A stretch of 62,780 bases of DNA, filler included. It is 13 parts of 13 records of this genome, joined end to end, with 100 filler letters (N's around TTAATTAATTAA, not from the genome) between each part and the next. Parts side by side here need not be neighbours in the genome. Positions count along the whole stretch, not along the records: positions 48,238 to 53,234 come from SRR7504441_10069; positions 53,335 to 57,854 come from SRR7504441_10072; positions 57,955 to 62,780 come from SRR7504441_10078; 10 more parts are not named here. One strand, given 5' to 3'. Positions 48,138-61,000 of this stretch are shown here, one piece after another (position 1 is the stretch's first letter; the number at the start of each line of letters is the position of its first letter). The notes under the pieces are model-generated. The model had not been told where the DNA came from, did no database searches, and worked only from the letters and a program-made list of their open reading frames with translations. Made by a program: the position numbers and the translations under genes.

Positions 48138-48485
48138 NNNNNNNNNNNNNNNNNNNNNNNNNNNNNNNNNNNNNNNNNNNNTTAATTAATTAANNNNNNN
48201 NNNNNNNNNNNNNNNNNNNNNNNNNNNNNNNNNNNNNTCGAGCCTGAGGCGAGTCTAGCGTAGAATAGTAATTGGACAAGTTTACAAGAGTTAATTAATG
48301 AAATTGTTGTCATTTTGATTGCATAAATTGCGTTTGTGGGGACTCGATCGGGAACTGCCGAACTGCCGACCGTCTTTGATAATTGTAAACATGTAAAATT
48401 ATTTAACAAGAATCAGTTCAAACATAACTAAGCAGGGCTGGCACTTGTTGTCAGACCAATATTTTTCTCTTGTCGGGATTTAGAT

Positions 48486-51400
48486 CTAGTAGGGATTTAG
48501 GAAGGGTGTAGGATGGGTCGCATAAGGAAAAGCGAGAATGTGCTCGTAGTATCTTGCCAACGAGATTCTACAAATGTCACAGAATGACGCTGACCATTCA
48601 CCCCCAAGCATCTCGCTCAACAGATCGATTGAAGCTTCATTGCCCCTTAGCGCCTCCAGACCGAAGAGAGACTCGATGCACAGCAGCTGTATTACCCGGC
48701 CACAGGCCTCCTCGATGCCGCCACAGCCAGCCGAACGCTCAGCAAGATTAATCACAGTGCCCACTGCACCCAGCTTGGCGACTACAAAGGCATGCTTGGG
48801 TGATGTGTATGCAATTGACAAGAGGGTTTTACAACGCTCTGTTACGGCAAGTTCGCTGAGTTCAGCTGAGCTCAGATCATTGATCACCATTTGTATCCGA
48901 TCTTTCGGAATCACCTCGCTCGGAGGCACAAAGAAGTACCAGCCAGTAGCCCGACTAGGGCCGAGCCAGCTGTTGGCCTTGACTAACACTAGGTACTCGG
49001 ACTGCTCTTCGAGGTCTGCTGGTACAAAATCTGTCTCACCTAGTGGACAACTCCAGCTGGTGTGTTGGCCAGCTTTGGAAGCGATTACAGCTGTAGCACA
49101 AGCTGCTCAATCGCAGCCCACAGGACTGTCGCACCGATATCGATATCGGCTGCACGTGGGGCAGGCACCGTACCATCGAACACAAAGGCGCCCGGGTCGC
49201 TTTTCACAAGGGCAGCAAATTCCTACATGCCACTCAGCACAGCGAGCCGCGCGAAGCACCTGGCGCCATTGGTCTGATGCCGGATCAGTGAACTGATCGG
49301 ATGCATCTGCCGTTCTCCAAACGCAGGTAGTGTAGCTATCTACAGCAGGACCATGGGTCGCTGGCTCCTGGAGCACACTGGTCAGCTGTCAACACAATCC
49401 GGAGACCTGCCAGCTGAACTTCCACTGGCTGCCATCAAGTACAATATCCAGAGGCACTGCCTCGGGTGGTGAAGCGAGCTTGACTTTGAACCTGACTGGA
49501 TCCGATTTGGGCCCTTTACCACCCACGTTGAAGCCAGCGATTTGAAACGTGGATGTAGAGTTGAAGGGAAGGTCTCGCGCAGTAAAGCTGGTTGTGCCAG
49601 CATCCACTCGCTCCGTGCATCGAAGATTGCCGTCCTCGTCGGTCACTGTCACGTCATAACCCAACACCTACAGCCATCACTCGCCAGAGCATACCAGCAA
49701 ACGCACCCGGTTGCCACACCCATCCGGGGCAGCCCAAGAGATTGATAGGCCTGTGTACTCAGGCTCGCCCATCCTCACAGGCAACCCCACCTGCACAGTC
49801 AGACAGTGCTCGCAGCCAGCCCCCCAGTGGCAGGCATCTTGCCTTGGCAGGAGGAGCTGCAAGGGTCTCAAAGACTCGCGTTGCCTCGTCGGTGGAGTAA
49901 CCCACGCCATTGAGTGCCAGCAACCTCACTTGGTACGAGGACATCGGTTTGAGCTGCCCGACTTGGTACTGGAGCCTGAAGACAGTGAGTCGCCAGCCTA
50001 CAAGCGCCACTTACTGGCTTCCATTCAGGGTAATAGTGACGCACGGCTCGGAGGGTCGGTTCAGACTCAGCCTATACTCTATAACTGGGGATCCTCGAGG
50101 AAGAGCGGGATCCCATGCGACGCACAGCATGTCAGAGCCCCGCTCCACCAGACGCAGCCCCACATTCGACACACAAGGTACCATCGCGGCCTCGTTGCAC
50201 TCCTCTGGCCCCAACCCAACGCTGTTCGCTGCTGCAACTGCGTAGCCAAGAGGCTGTTCAGGTCCAAAGCCTTCGACTGTGTACTGCAAGCAGCCCGCAG
50301 GGAGGCAGATTTTGGAGCTCCATGTGTCGCCTAACCGATATCGCAGGTGATAATTGGTGATTGGTGAGCCATGGTCCTTGGCCCCCTTCCATCCGATGGT
50401 CACCTGGGTCTATGTTAGGGCCTGGAGTCTGAGGCAGGCGTACCTTGTCTGCAACACCATCAATAAAGAACAATTTTGGGGCAGACGGTACTTCAGGAGG
50501 GGGAGTTTCGACACACGTGCCTTCGGCACCCTCCCCTCCCTCGCTGATAGCCGCGATTTTAATTATGTACCGCTTTGGTGCCTGCACATCCCTAATTGTG
50601 GCTGTGCCAGTGTCCTCTTCGCATTCCACAATCTGCTGCTTCCACGATTTGGACTCATCAGTCTCTTCACACCATCTCAGAACGTAACAGCTCACCCTGC
50701 CACCGAGGCACTTGGGCTTGGAGAAACGGAGCACCATGTGCTGCCAGCTGCCAGCCCTCTGGTCACACCAAAAAGCAGGGCAGGGTGGACACCCAGACAT
50801 GTCCTCTAGCTGCCAGACGGGGGCCATCTGGTCCGGTTTCTGCACGGGCAGCAAACTCCTCTCGCTCACTGGGCCGTGCCTGTTCGATTCCTCAAGATCA
50901 GTGCTGGATTATGCCCACCCGACATGATTCCACGAGGTGATGGCAAACTCGAGGGGAATACCTGTCCAATGCACAGATGGATACTCCATCTGCACTGAGC
51001 AGCAGGCACCGCATGGCAGGAAGACTGTCTGCTCAGTCTCTTGCGCTGCCCCGTCACAGAGCTGCACCAGGCTGCCTTCTCCAGGCTCGATGCACATATA
51101 GATCGTGTACCTGCATCCCGTTGGGGCATTGCAACAAGAACAGCTCACCCAAGCAGTCGTGCACCCCGTAGCTCCGCCTCCTCAAGTGGAACCCAGCTCA
51201 GACACAGCTGCCAGCATATCATCAGTATTTGCCAGACATAGTGTGTTTGGGTTACTTGATCGCCTTGAGACGCGCCAATGATCGGCGGTGCCATCTGCAA
51301 TGGCAAGAGCGGTGGCGCAGTCCGCAGCGCACTGTACACTGCCGGGCCCTCGCCACTGTAGTTGTGAGCAGAGAGCTTCACAGCAAACACAGTATCCGAG

Positions 51401-53149
51401 ACCAGCCTACCAATAACGGCCGAGTTCACCAGTTTGTCTACAATCACCGGCCGCCACTCGTCTTCAGAGCTGAGTATCTTCACGTTGAGAGAATAGCCTG
51501 CCCAACAGCTCACCAACAGCCCAGTGCGGGCTTGCCTGTGACAGGCTTGCCGTTGTCGTTGGCTGGAGGGTTCCAGGATACATTGAGCGAATTCCAGCTG
51601 CTGCTTACCAGCACTGGTGGAGCTAGCCCTGTGCACGTGCGGCTAAGTGGCATTGCCTGATGGTGGCATTGCCTGATGGTGGCATGGCTGAGGCTGTGGA
51701 CACAGTCAGCACGCACGGCTCACTGTGGCCGGCTTCTGAGGTGGCCAGCATCTCGAATCGACACTGTAAGCCTTCCTCGAGTCCCGTGACCTCGAAGCTC
51801 TCTTGATCAGGTCCTAACTGGGCCTGCTGCAGGTTGCCTTGATGACACCAGCTCAGAATGTACCCTGCACCACAGATCAGCGCTAAAAATCGGTCAGACC
51901 CGACCTGTTACAGGGTAAAAGTCGCTCACTGGCGATGCCCAGCGCACAGCCACTGTGGTGTATTGGGCGTCTCTTGAATGGACGTCTGCCGCTTTCAGTA
52001 CTGGAGCCTCGGGAGGGCCTGCAGCCCTCGTTGTGACGATTACCGTCGGTGAGCTGCCGCCTGAAAGAGCCGAGTCACAGCCCGGTTCAACTGATGGGAT
52101 CTGTACCTGGCCCAGCGGAGCACAGACTGTGCACTTGAACGGAGTATTCGGTGCCGAGATCGAGCCCATCAAAAGAGCAGTGGTCTAGCTCTGTGGTCAA
52201 CACGGCCTCCCCGTTGCGGACCACGCGATACCCAGTGAGTGGGAGCACCGTGCTGCACTTGGGCCGGGACCACTCAAAGCTGGCGGCGGTGTATGTAGCC
52301 TGCCAGCGCTCAGGGCCAGCGCGCGCCCAGAACCACCTCAGTGCATCGCAATGACGTGATCGGCCCTGGGAATGTAGGCACAGCCGTCTCCATCACCACG
52401 GGCTCGCTATCCGCAAACACTCCGTAGAAGCCCACAGCCCGGATCCACACCGTGTGGCTGAGCCACACTCAGCCACACTCAGCAGCCACCCAGCCCTAGC
52501 ACCTCTCGTAACGCTTGTTCCATTCGTAGCTATGCGTCTGTACAGGTAGCTCCTTCAGAAACTGGCCATCGGCGTGGAGCTCGTACCGCCTAACGCTCCT
52601 GGCTAGCTCCTCCGGCGGCTCAGACCAGCAGAGGACGGCCGTGTCCTGGCAGCTGGAGCGAAGCTGCAGCCGAGGGGCTGCAGGCCGAATCGGGCCCATC
52701 GTAACCTCCAACGGATCCGACCACGGCCCCCACGCCCCCTCGCCGACTTGCGCGCGCACTCGATAAGCGAACCGTTTGAGCGAACCGTCGGGGTGCGTAT
52801 ATTCGAACTCGGTGCCGAGGGCTACCCCGGCACAGATTGTAGCCTGTTCGTCGGCGAAGTCGCCCGCAGTGTTCACCTGCACTTGGAATTTGCAGCCCCC
52901 GCCGTGCTGGCCTGGAGCCGGGTAAGGCACCCCGGACCCGGACGCACCGCGCGGGTGGGCGAAGCAGTATCTCCAGCACAGCCGGAGGGCGCAGTGTGTG
53001 ACCTCCACGGCCCGCAGCTCGACAGGGGCCGGGTGGTCGGGGGCCGGTGGGTTGTCAGGGACGCCCTGTCGGCGGATGGGCGCGTGGGGGGGAGGGGACA
53101 CCAGGTAGTTGTTGAGCGTGACGGCGTCGAGGGCCTCGCCGCCAAGCAT
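48486..53149 (-). CDS. Large multi-fibronectin-type-III-repeat protein with C-terminal ARM-like helical domain; many introns
   Basis: Repeated FN3 signatures (YRVRAQVGEGAWGPWS, W..P..GSPITNY.L, LKPMSSYQVRLLALNGVG, FQIAGFNVGGKGPKSDP). No clear signal peptide or TM segment seen. Confidence 0.8.
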
Positions 53150-53593
53150 TGCCCAGCCCAACTCGTGCACAGCTGCAGTACTGTAGATCCTACAGTATAT
53201 ACAGTAGGGTCGGTCCCTACTGGTACTCTTTTTTNNNNNNNNNNNNNNNNNNNNNNNNNNNNNNNNNNNNNNNNNNNNTTAATTAATTAANNNNNNNNNN
53301 NNNNNNNNNNNNNNNNNNNNNNNNNNNNNNNNNNCCCGCCGCCAGCGGCTCAGCCAGGAACTGGCCCGATCGAGCACCTGCTCGCGGCTGCGAGGTCGGG
53401 AGGAGGGCAGCCATCCGAGTGATCAGGAAAGTCGGGAGTCGCCTTCATGGGAAGCGGGTTGTCAAGAGCGCGACCAGCTACATGTAACCAGCGGACCAGC
53501 AATGCCCCGCCGGCTTCTGACAGAGTCACAGAGTCCTGCTACCAACGGAACTTTCGAATTGACGTCAAATCACAAAAACAAAAGCACAAAACC

Positions 53594-56500
53594 ATGCGTG
53601 AGCCTGCCGAGTGAGCGACCTCTAGCTCACCTGGGGCTGCAGATTTGACGGAAGTCGTCCTCGATGGCTTCAAGTCATATGGCACCCGCACCACGGTTTC
53701 CGGGTTCGACACCCACTTCAACGCGATCACCGGTCTGAACGGGAGCGGCAAGTCCAACATCCTCGATGGCATCTGCTTTGTGCTCGGGATTTCAAACCTC
53801 TCACAGGTGCCTCCCATACGCCGAGTTATTCGCTCTCGTATGTTTAGTCTGCGGTGCGTCCAGGTGCGGGCCAACAACCTGCAAGAGCTGGTTTACAAGC
53901 ACGGGCAAGCAGGAGTGACCAAAGCCAGCGTCTCTCTGGTGTTCAACAACGAAGACAAGAGCAGCAGCCCGGTCGGGTACGAGAAGTACGACGAGATCCA
54001 AGTCACCCGTCAGGTGCAACCGCCAGTCCGACGCCTCTGGCACACGTTCATTGCGGCTGGCAGGTTGTGATCGGCGGCCGCAACAAGTACATCATCAATG
54101 GGATAACAGCCCAGCAGAGCCGAGTGCACAATCTGTTTCACTCGGTGCAACTCAACGTGAACAATCCACACTTTCTGATCATGCAAGGCCGGATCACCAA
54201 GGTGCTCAACATGAAGCCAGAAGAGATCCTTTCAATGATCGAGGAGGCAGCCGGCACTCGCATGTATGAGATGAAGAAGCTCAATGCCGAGAAGACGATT
54301 ACCAAGAAGCAGGGCCGCGTGGATGAGATTAACCAGGTCCGCCACCGCAGGCTTGCAGTCTGACAGGAGGGCCAGCTGCTCTCGGAGGAGATCACGCCAC
54401 AGCTTGAAACCCTGCGCAAGCAGAAGGACCAGTACCTGCAGTGGTCCGCCAACAATCTGGAAATGGAGCGGCTTAACCGCTTCTCGACCGCATACGAATA
54501 CGCCAACGCCGTCGCGCACTTGAACAAGTCGGCTGAGGATCAGGATGTGCTGCAGAACAGCCTGGAGGAGACCAACACTAACCAGCTGGAGGCGAATGCG
54601 CAGCTGGAAGAGCTTGATCGCCGGATCGAGGAGCTCAAGTTGGACAAGTCAAATCAGATGTCGGGTCAAATCAAGCAGCTTGAGCAGGCTGCTGTCGCGC
54701 TCAGCAAGGAGCTGGTCAAGAAGGACTCGGAGCTGGCCAATGCGCGAGAGACGCACACCAGTGAGCAGAATGCCACTAAGGCCCTGATTGCCCAAAAGGT
54801 GCCTGCCAAATGGACGAGCTTGCTTGTGTGTAGCTGACTGCTGCTGCAGGATGAGTTGGCTGGTAGCATTGAGAGCAAGAAGACTGAGCATTCCGCGAGT
54901 TGCCAGGCAATCTCGTCACACGAGGAAGCAAATCTAGCGGCCTCACGTCAAGTGACCGAACTCGAGAACAAGTTTGCGGCGCTTTCTGCCGGAGCATCAG
55001 CCAGCTCCGAATTGGGCTGCTCCAAATCGCTGAATGAGGAGCTGGCGGACTGCAAACGGACGGAGTCTGAGGCTGATACCAGCATCAAGCAGTGCAAGCT
55101 CAAGCTCAAGCACCTGAATGTGAGCAAGAAAGAGCTCACTGCTGCGCTCAAGAAGGTACGTGGCAGCCAGGATGCTGCTCTGAGTGTGGGCAGGTGTCCA
55201 GAGACAGCTCATCTGAGGAGAAGGAGCATGCCAAGAAGCACAAGCAGCTCAGCCAGCTCAAGCAGCAGCTGGACCAGATGCCCGGATCAGTGGATCACGC
55301 CCAACTGGAGGCATCCCGGGCTGAGTGCGAGGCCAAAGTCGGGGCGCTCCGAAGTAAGCTGGAGGCTAGTGAGGCCCAGCTGTGCTCGCTAGAATTTGGC
55401 TACTCAGACCCCAGCGCCAACTTTGACCGTTCCAAAGTCAAGGGTCGGGTAGCCCACCTGGCTCGTGTGCGTGACGCGAGGAGCATTACTGCGGTGGAGG
55501 TGGTGGCTGGGTCCAAGCTCTTCCAGGTGCATGTGGTGCGGATGTCTGGCTATGAACTGCTGGCCAGGTGGTAGTGGACACCCACGAGACTGCCAAGAGC
55601 CTGCTCAACAAGGGCAAGCTGGCCAAACGTGTCACACTGATCCCACTCAACCAGATCAGAAACAATGTGATGAGCCGCGAGACACTCGAGGCGGCCCAGC
55701 AGGCAGTCGGCGACCCTGAACTGTGCAGGCTGGCTCTTGACCTTGTGGATCACGAGCCGGAGGTGCAAGCTGTCCGCACGCGCTCAATTTGATCGGTGTT
55801 GGCTAGGTAGCAAATGCGATGCGTTACGTATTTGGGGACACAGTGGTATGCAACACTTCTGAGGACGCCCGCAAGGCCACATTTGAGAGCAAGAGGAAGG
55901 TCAAGTCGGTCACACTGGACGGCGATTGCTTCAACCCCTCTGGCACGCTCACTGGAGGATCGAGGCCAAATGGCGGGGACACTGTGCTGGCCAGGATCAT
56001 GAAGCTGCACGACCTGCGCCAGGAGCTGCATCAGGCTGAGACTCAGCTGCTGTCCACAGAGACCAAGACTAAGCAGTGCCAGGTGCGGGCACTGTGTGAC
56101 CGGATGGTGTGAGCCGGTGGTAGGAGAAGAAGAAGATTTCGCAGCAGTACAGCCTGCAAGAGCAGCAAGTGCAGCTGCTCGAACAGCGGATTGCGGCCAG
56201 CACCCACGGCAAGCTATCCCAGCAGCTGCAGGAGACGCTCAGCCAGATTGAATCGGCTGAGGCATGCCTTGAAGAACAGCAGCATGTGATGCGCAAGGCA
56301 GGCAGCCGGCGGGCCGAGCTGGAGGCTGAGATGAAGGACTCGAGCAAGTCGCGCGACAAGGCGCTCAAGGACATCCAGACGCAGCTAGCCAAGAAGAAGC
56401 TCGAGCGGGATGCGCTGCGCGAGTCTAGCCGTGGAGGCGCTCAACAAGTCGAGCTGCTTGGACTGGAAATTGCTGAGAGCCAGCGGGAGATGTCCAGCCT

Positions 56501-57692
56501 GGATGAGCAGATAGCTGCAGCCCAGCAGCTTGAAAGCGAGGCTGCAGCTGTAGTTGACAAGGCAGTCGAAGAGTACGGTCAGGCCAAGCTGGCATATGAC
56601 CAGGCACAGTCCAAGCTGGACATAGCGAGGGAGAAAATCGCCAACTGCGACCAGACAATTACTGAGGCCATGAAAGAGCGGAAGACTCTGGTGCGTACGG
56701 CGTCCGAGGCTGAGCTGGAGAAGAAGAAGATCGAGCACAAGCTGCAGCGGTTCATCAAGGACCAGCAGCAGGCCGCAGAGTAAGCTGCCTGACACTCAAT
56801 CTCAAATGCTGGCTTGACCTGTGCCTGTGACAGCGTTGTAGGCGCATTGGAGACAGCTCATGATTGGATCAGTGCAGAGAAGCAATTCTTTGGACGGCCA
56901 CACACTGACTACGATTTCTCGACACGATCGCCTAGGGACGCTCAGGCACGTATTCTGACGATTGAGGAGGAGCAAGCCCGGTTGTCCAAGAAGATCAACA
57001 AGAAGGTGATGGGCATGTTTGAGAAGGCAGAGCAAGAATATCAAGAGCTAATGAAGAAGAAGCGGTGCGAAGCAGATATGTGGGTTGAGCTAACTCATGC
57101 CTCAGTATTATCGAGAACGACAAGGAAAAGATCGAGGCTGTGATCCGGGAACTGGATGAGAAGAAGTGTGAAGCGCTCACCAAGACCTGGGAAAAGGCCA
57201 GTTGGTGCTGCCGGCTGCTCAGCTGCTCTGCAGGTGAACCACGACTTTGGATCTATTTTTGAGACACTGCTGCCTGGCACCACTGCCAAGCTAGACCCGC
57301 CTGAAGGCCAGACGGTGCTGGACGGGCTCGAAGTCAGGGTGGCTTTCGGTGGCGTGTGGAAACAAAGCTTGCAGGAACTCAGCGGCGGGCAGAGGTAACA
57401 CTTAAGAGACGGCTGGCCAGCCAAGGGTGGTGGCAGGTCGCTGTTGGCACTATCTCTAGTGCTTGCGATGCTAAGGTTCAAGCCAGCACCAATGTACATT
57501 CTAGACGAGGTTGATGCGGCGCTGGATATGTCACACACACAGAACATTGGACAAATGCTCAAAAAGCACTTCCCACAGTCTCAGTTCATTGTCGTTTCGC
57601 TCAAGGATGGCATGTTCAACAATGCGAATGTGCTGTTCAAGACAAAGTTTGTAGACGGCCTATCCACTGTGATGCGCACTTGCAATGCCTAG
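53594..57692 (+). CDS. SMC2: Condensin subunit SMC2, complete, 13 introns of 37-57 nt
   Basis: [56 protein letters not shown], hinge [55 protein letters not shown]. Confidence 0.97.
57197..57233 (+). other. 37-nt GC-AG intron in SMC2
   Basis: Removing GCCAGT..CTGCAG restores the conserved [13 protein letters not shown] and corrects a frameshift. Confidence 0.88.
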
Positions 57693-58034
57693 AGAGATAC
57701 TAGAGAGAGGTAAGAGAGAGGAGGACCGACGCCTCAGTTGTGTACACAAGAATGCAAGATTTCATTGAACATTACTACAAGTACTTATTATAGTTTTGGT
57801 GTACCTTACGTACCTGGTAGTACCAATATTTTTGTATATGGTAGAGAGTTAAAGNNNNNNNNNNNNNNNNNNNNNNNNNNNNNNNNNNNNNNNNNNNNTT
57901 AATTAATTAANNNNNNNNNNNNNNNNNNNNNNNNNNNNNNNNNNNNNNNNNNNNCTAGGTTATACTAAACGATTTGAACAGTAGGTAGATAGTCTAGACT
58001 AGGTTTCGGGCTCAGATACATTCATTAAAACGGC

Positions 58035-61000
58035 TTACGACCCCCTCGAGCCTCGTCTAGCCCCGACCGCCGCCTCGTCAGAGTACCTAAGCCGATCAGT
58101 CTCGACCGTGTAACAGCTCTGAGTGTCATCCGCGTCTAGCAGCAACTCATCCCGTTCGTTGGTCACCTAACCCAGCCGAATAATCCCAAACGGCCACCTA
58201 GCACGCCACCTGTTCGAGCTCCAACTGCAGCTCCCCGAGCTTCTGAGCCCACAATCGCTTTTCTTGTCTATTCTGCTCCAAGATCTCGTCCTTTTCGGCC
58301 ACTTGGGCCATCAACTGGTTGGCCAGATCTTGCAAAGCCTATCAACACAGTGCGATCGACTGGCCACCAGGTGGGAGCCGGACCTTGTCGTTCTTCGAGC
58401 CACCCTCACCAACAAACACTCTCTTAAGCTTATTTCCTAAAGAATTCTTAATCGCTAGCTCATTCTCCGCAGTCTGTCCCGACAAGTCACTCCGCAGCTC
58501 CCCACTCGACACACCTCGCGCGCGGTCTCGGACGCGTGCAGCTTGCTCTCCAACTCCTCCACTTGCGCCTTCAGATCGCGATTATCCCTCACCTGGCCCA
58601 GTTGAATCCCCAACTGCCACCCTGCATGCCTGCTCGAGCAGTTGGTGATTCTGCTCGCGGACCGCCTTGACTTCAGATTCCATCCTCCCAACCTGCGCGC
58701 TGCATGTGGACAGCTGCATCGCCGCGTCGGCTTGCAGGTGATCATTCTCCACTGTGAGCGTATTGTTACTCTCCACCAGTTCCTCGCAGCCCGCCCGAAG
58801 CCGGCGGAACGCCTGCATGGCCTTGGCGAGGTGCGTGTCCACTGCCTCTGTCTCGATCTCGTCCTCCGGCATCTCTGGGAGCGCGGCCGCCCCATTTGTC
58901 GACGCCAAACTGAGCGAATGAAGCAGCTGGTCCGGAAAGTCGGCCTGTCCCCAACGGTTTTCAACGGACTCTTAACGGGCGGGCGCACGTCGAAGCCTTG
59001 CCGGGCTCTGTCGGAGGACATCAAGCAGCAGCTGGAGGGCAAATGGTCCTGAAACCGGAGAAAATCTTCCCACTCTACAGCCACACTGCACGGCCCCTGC
59101 TCAGCCCGACACTAACCACCCACGCGCCTGGGCAACGTGTACTCCTGGCGGTCGGTGTGCTCCTCCTCGGTGAGGTCCATTGATACACGGGCCGCGTCCT
59201 TCTCATTGACCACAATCATTGCCACAGCGCCCGCAGCCTGCTCGGCCAGCTCAGCACCGGAGGACTGGGCTGGGCGCGCCTGCACGTGCTTGGCTTTGAG
59301 TCCGAACGTGACCAGGCCGCGCATCACCACCACCACCGCGTCTTGCCACTGCGACAGCCCGTTGGGATCCAGCTCAGCAGTGCTCAGTGGCACGTCAGCA
59401 TGAGGCGGAACGGCCTGCAACTAGCGCTCACTGGCGTCACGCATGGCGGCTGACCATCACGAGGCGGCCCGGGATATCGTAAGGAAACACAGTCGGTGAC
59501 CCGCTCGCCCCCCCAAACAGCGCTGCGGTCGCCTCAATCACCATTGTTGAGTTGCCCCCGTGTGTCTTGATATGGATCCCCGCTGCAGTCAGCCCACCTA
59601 CAAAAAGCGGCATCAGATACTTTGCACGAGTGAGCTGCACCGTGCAGGTGCTGCGGCTTGCTGATTGCTGTTGGGTCGAGCTGAGCCAGTGACTGCAGCT
59701 CAAAGAACGTGTAAAAGCAGGTCGAACTGCGCAGAGGCGTCTCGGCCTGAATCGCTTTAATATATTCCTGCACACACATGTGAGCAGCCCAGCTTCAGCC
59801 AGCTTGCCTGCAGCAGTGCGTGGCGCTGATTTACTAGATCCGCATGCAACGAGCCAAACAGCGTGCGCGTTTTGAATGCTGCTACGGCATTTGGCGGCAG
59901 CGAGGCCACTGACGAGTGGTGCTCCTTGGTCAACTGCCTATGAAGCTGGACAAAGTCGCTGAATCGTCGATGCACAGGCCATGAAATCGACCCATGTGAC
60001 ACCTCAATCGCATAGACAGTGTGAGTGTCTTCTCGCGTCTCATGTCCCACCACCCGGATATGAAGCTGACGTGTATCCAACTGATTGCCTTTACCTCTCA
60101 GCTGGCTTCCAGAATCCACCCGCGAGCTAAGCGGCCTGGCAGCACAAAATCTCAGCACAGCTGGCAGCAATGGCCAAACACCCGGTGGTTGAGAGCAGCA
60201 GAGCCTCCATCCAGCGCTGCTTCTGCTCTGGATCGTCTGCAATTAGCGTCAAACAGAACCGGGCAGAGTCTCTGATTTTGAAGGCACTGTCTGCTGAGCT
60301 AGTAACCGTCATCGTATCCGTCAGCTCGAGCGTCCCTTGCACCTTGCCATTGGGCTCCGAGTAAGTGGTCAAGGTCCGAGACCCGAGCTCAAAATAGCAC
60401 CTACCCCTTGTGAGCACAGCACAGCACGCGTGGGCACCGTTTCCCCGACCGTTCCTCGGTCAAGAAACCGCAGAACCCTGCCTGCTGCTCTGCAATGACC
60501 TTCATCAGCTCAGAAATCCAGCAGCTCTTTTCTTCAAGCGACGGTGCTTGCAGCAAGATGGTCACTTCAGGCCAGATCAACTGGAAGCACAGCGCATGCT
60601 TGTCGTTTAAGCTGGTCGCTGATATTGGTTGGCAGTCAGAAACCACCGCTCCCTCGAGCTGTATGTGCCCCAAAGGAACAGTACTCGAAGTATCCCGTAA
60701 GTACAGTAGCTCTGCCCCCCTCAACACAAACCATCGTTGCTTCATCTTCCGAATGTGTGTGCCCGCTTCCATCTTTAAATATCCTTGGTTCTTGATCACA
60801 GCATTCGACGCCTGCACAAGCAGCGATCACTTCCGTGGTACTGCTACTCGGTACCTGAGCCACAATCATTTTGTGGTTGTAAATGTTTGGTGTGAGTCCG
60901 TTGTGGCTATAGTGCAGCTCTATGAGTGACTCCTCTATCTTATCCTCCAACTCGCAAATCAGCTCGACTGACTCCTGCCTGCAACCCACCCATTTCAGCC

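Noticed and set aside
53594-57692. Stop-codon reassignment, programmed frameshifting or pseudogenisation as the cause of fragmented ORFs
   Set aside because: Every break traced is explained by a short GY-AG intron, and TAA, TAG and TGA all end conserved proteins (GH54, SMC2, TMA7).
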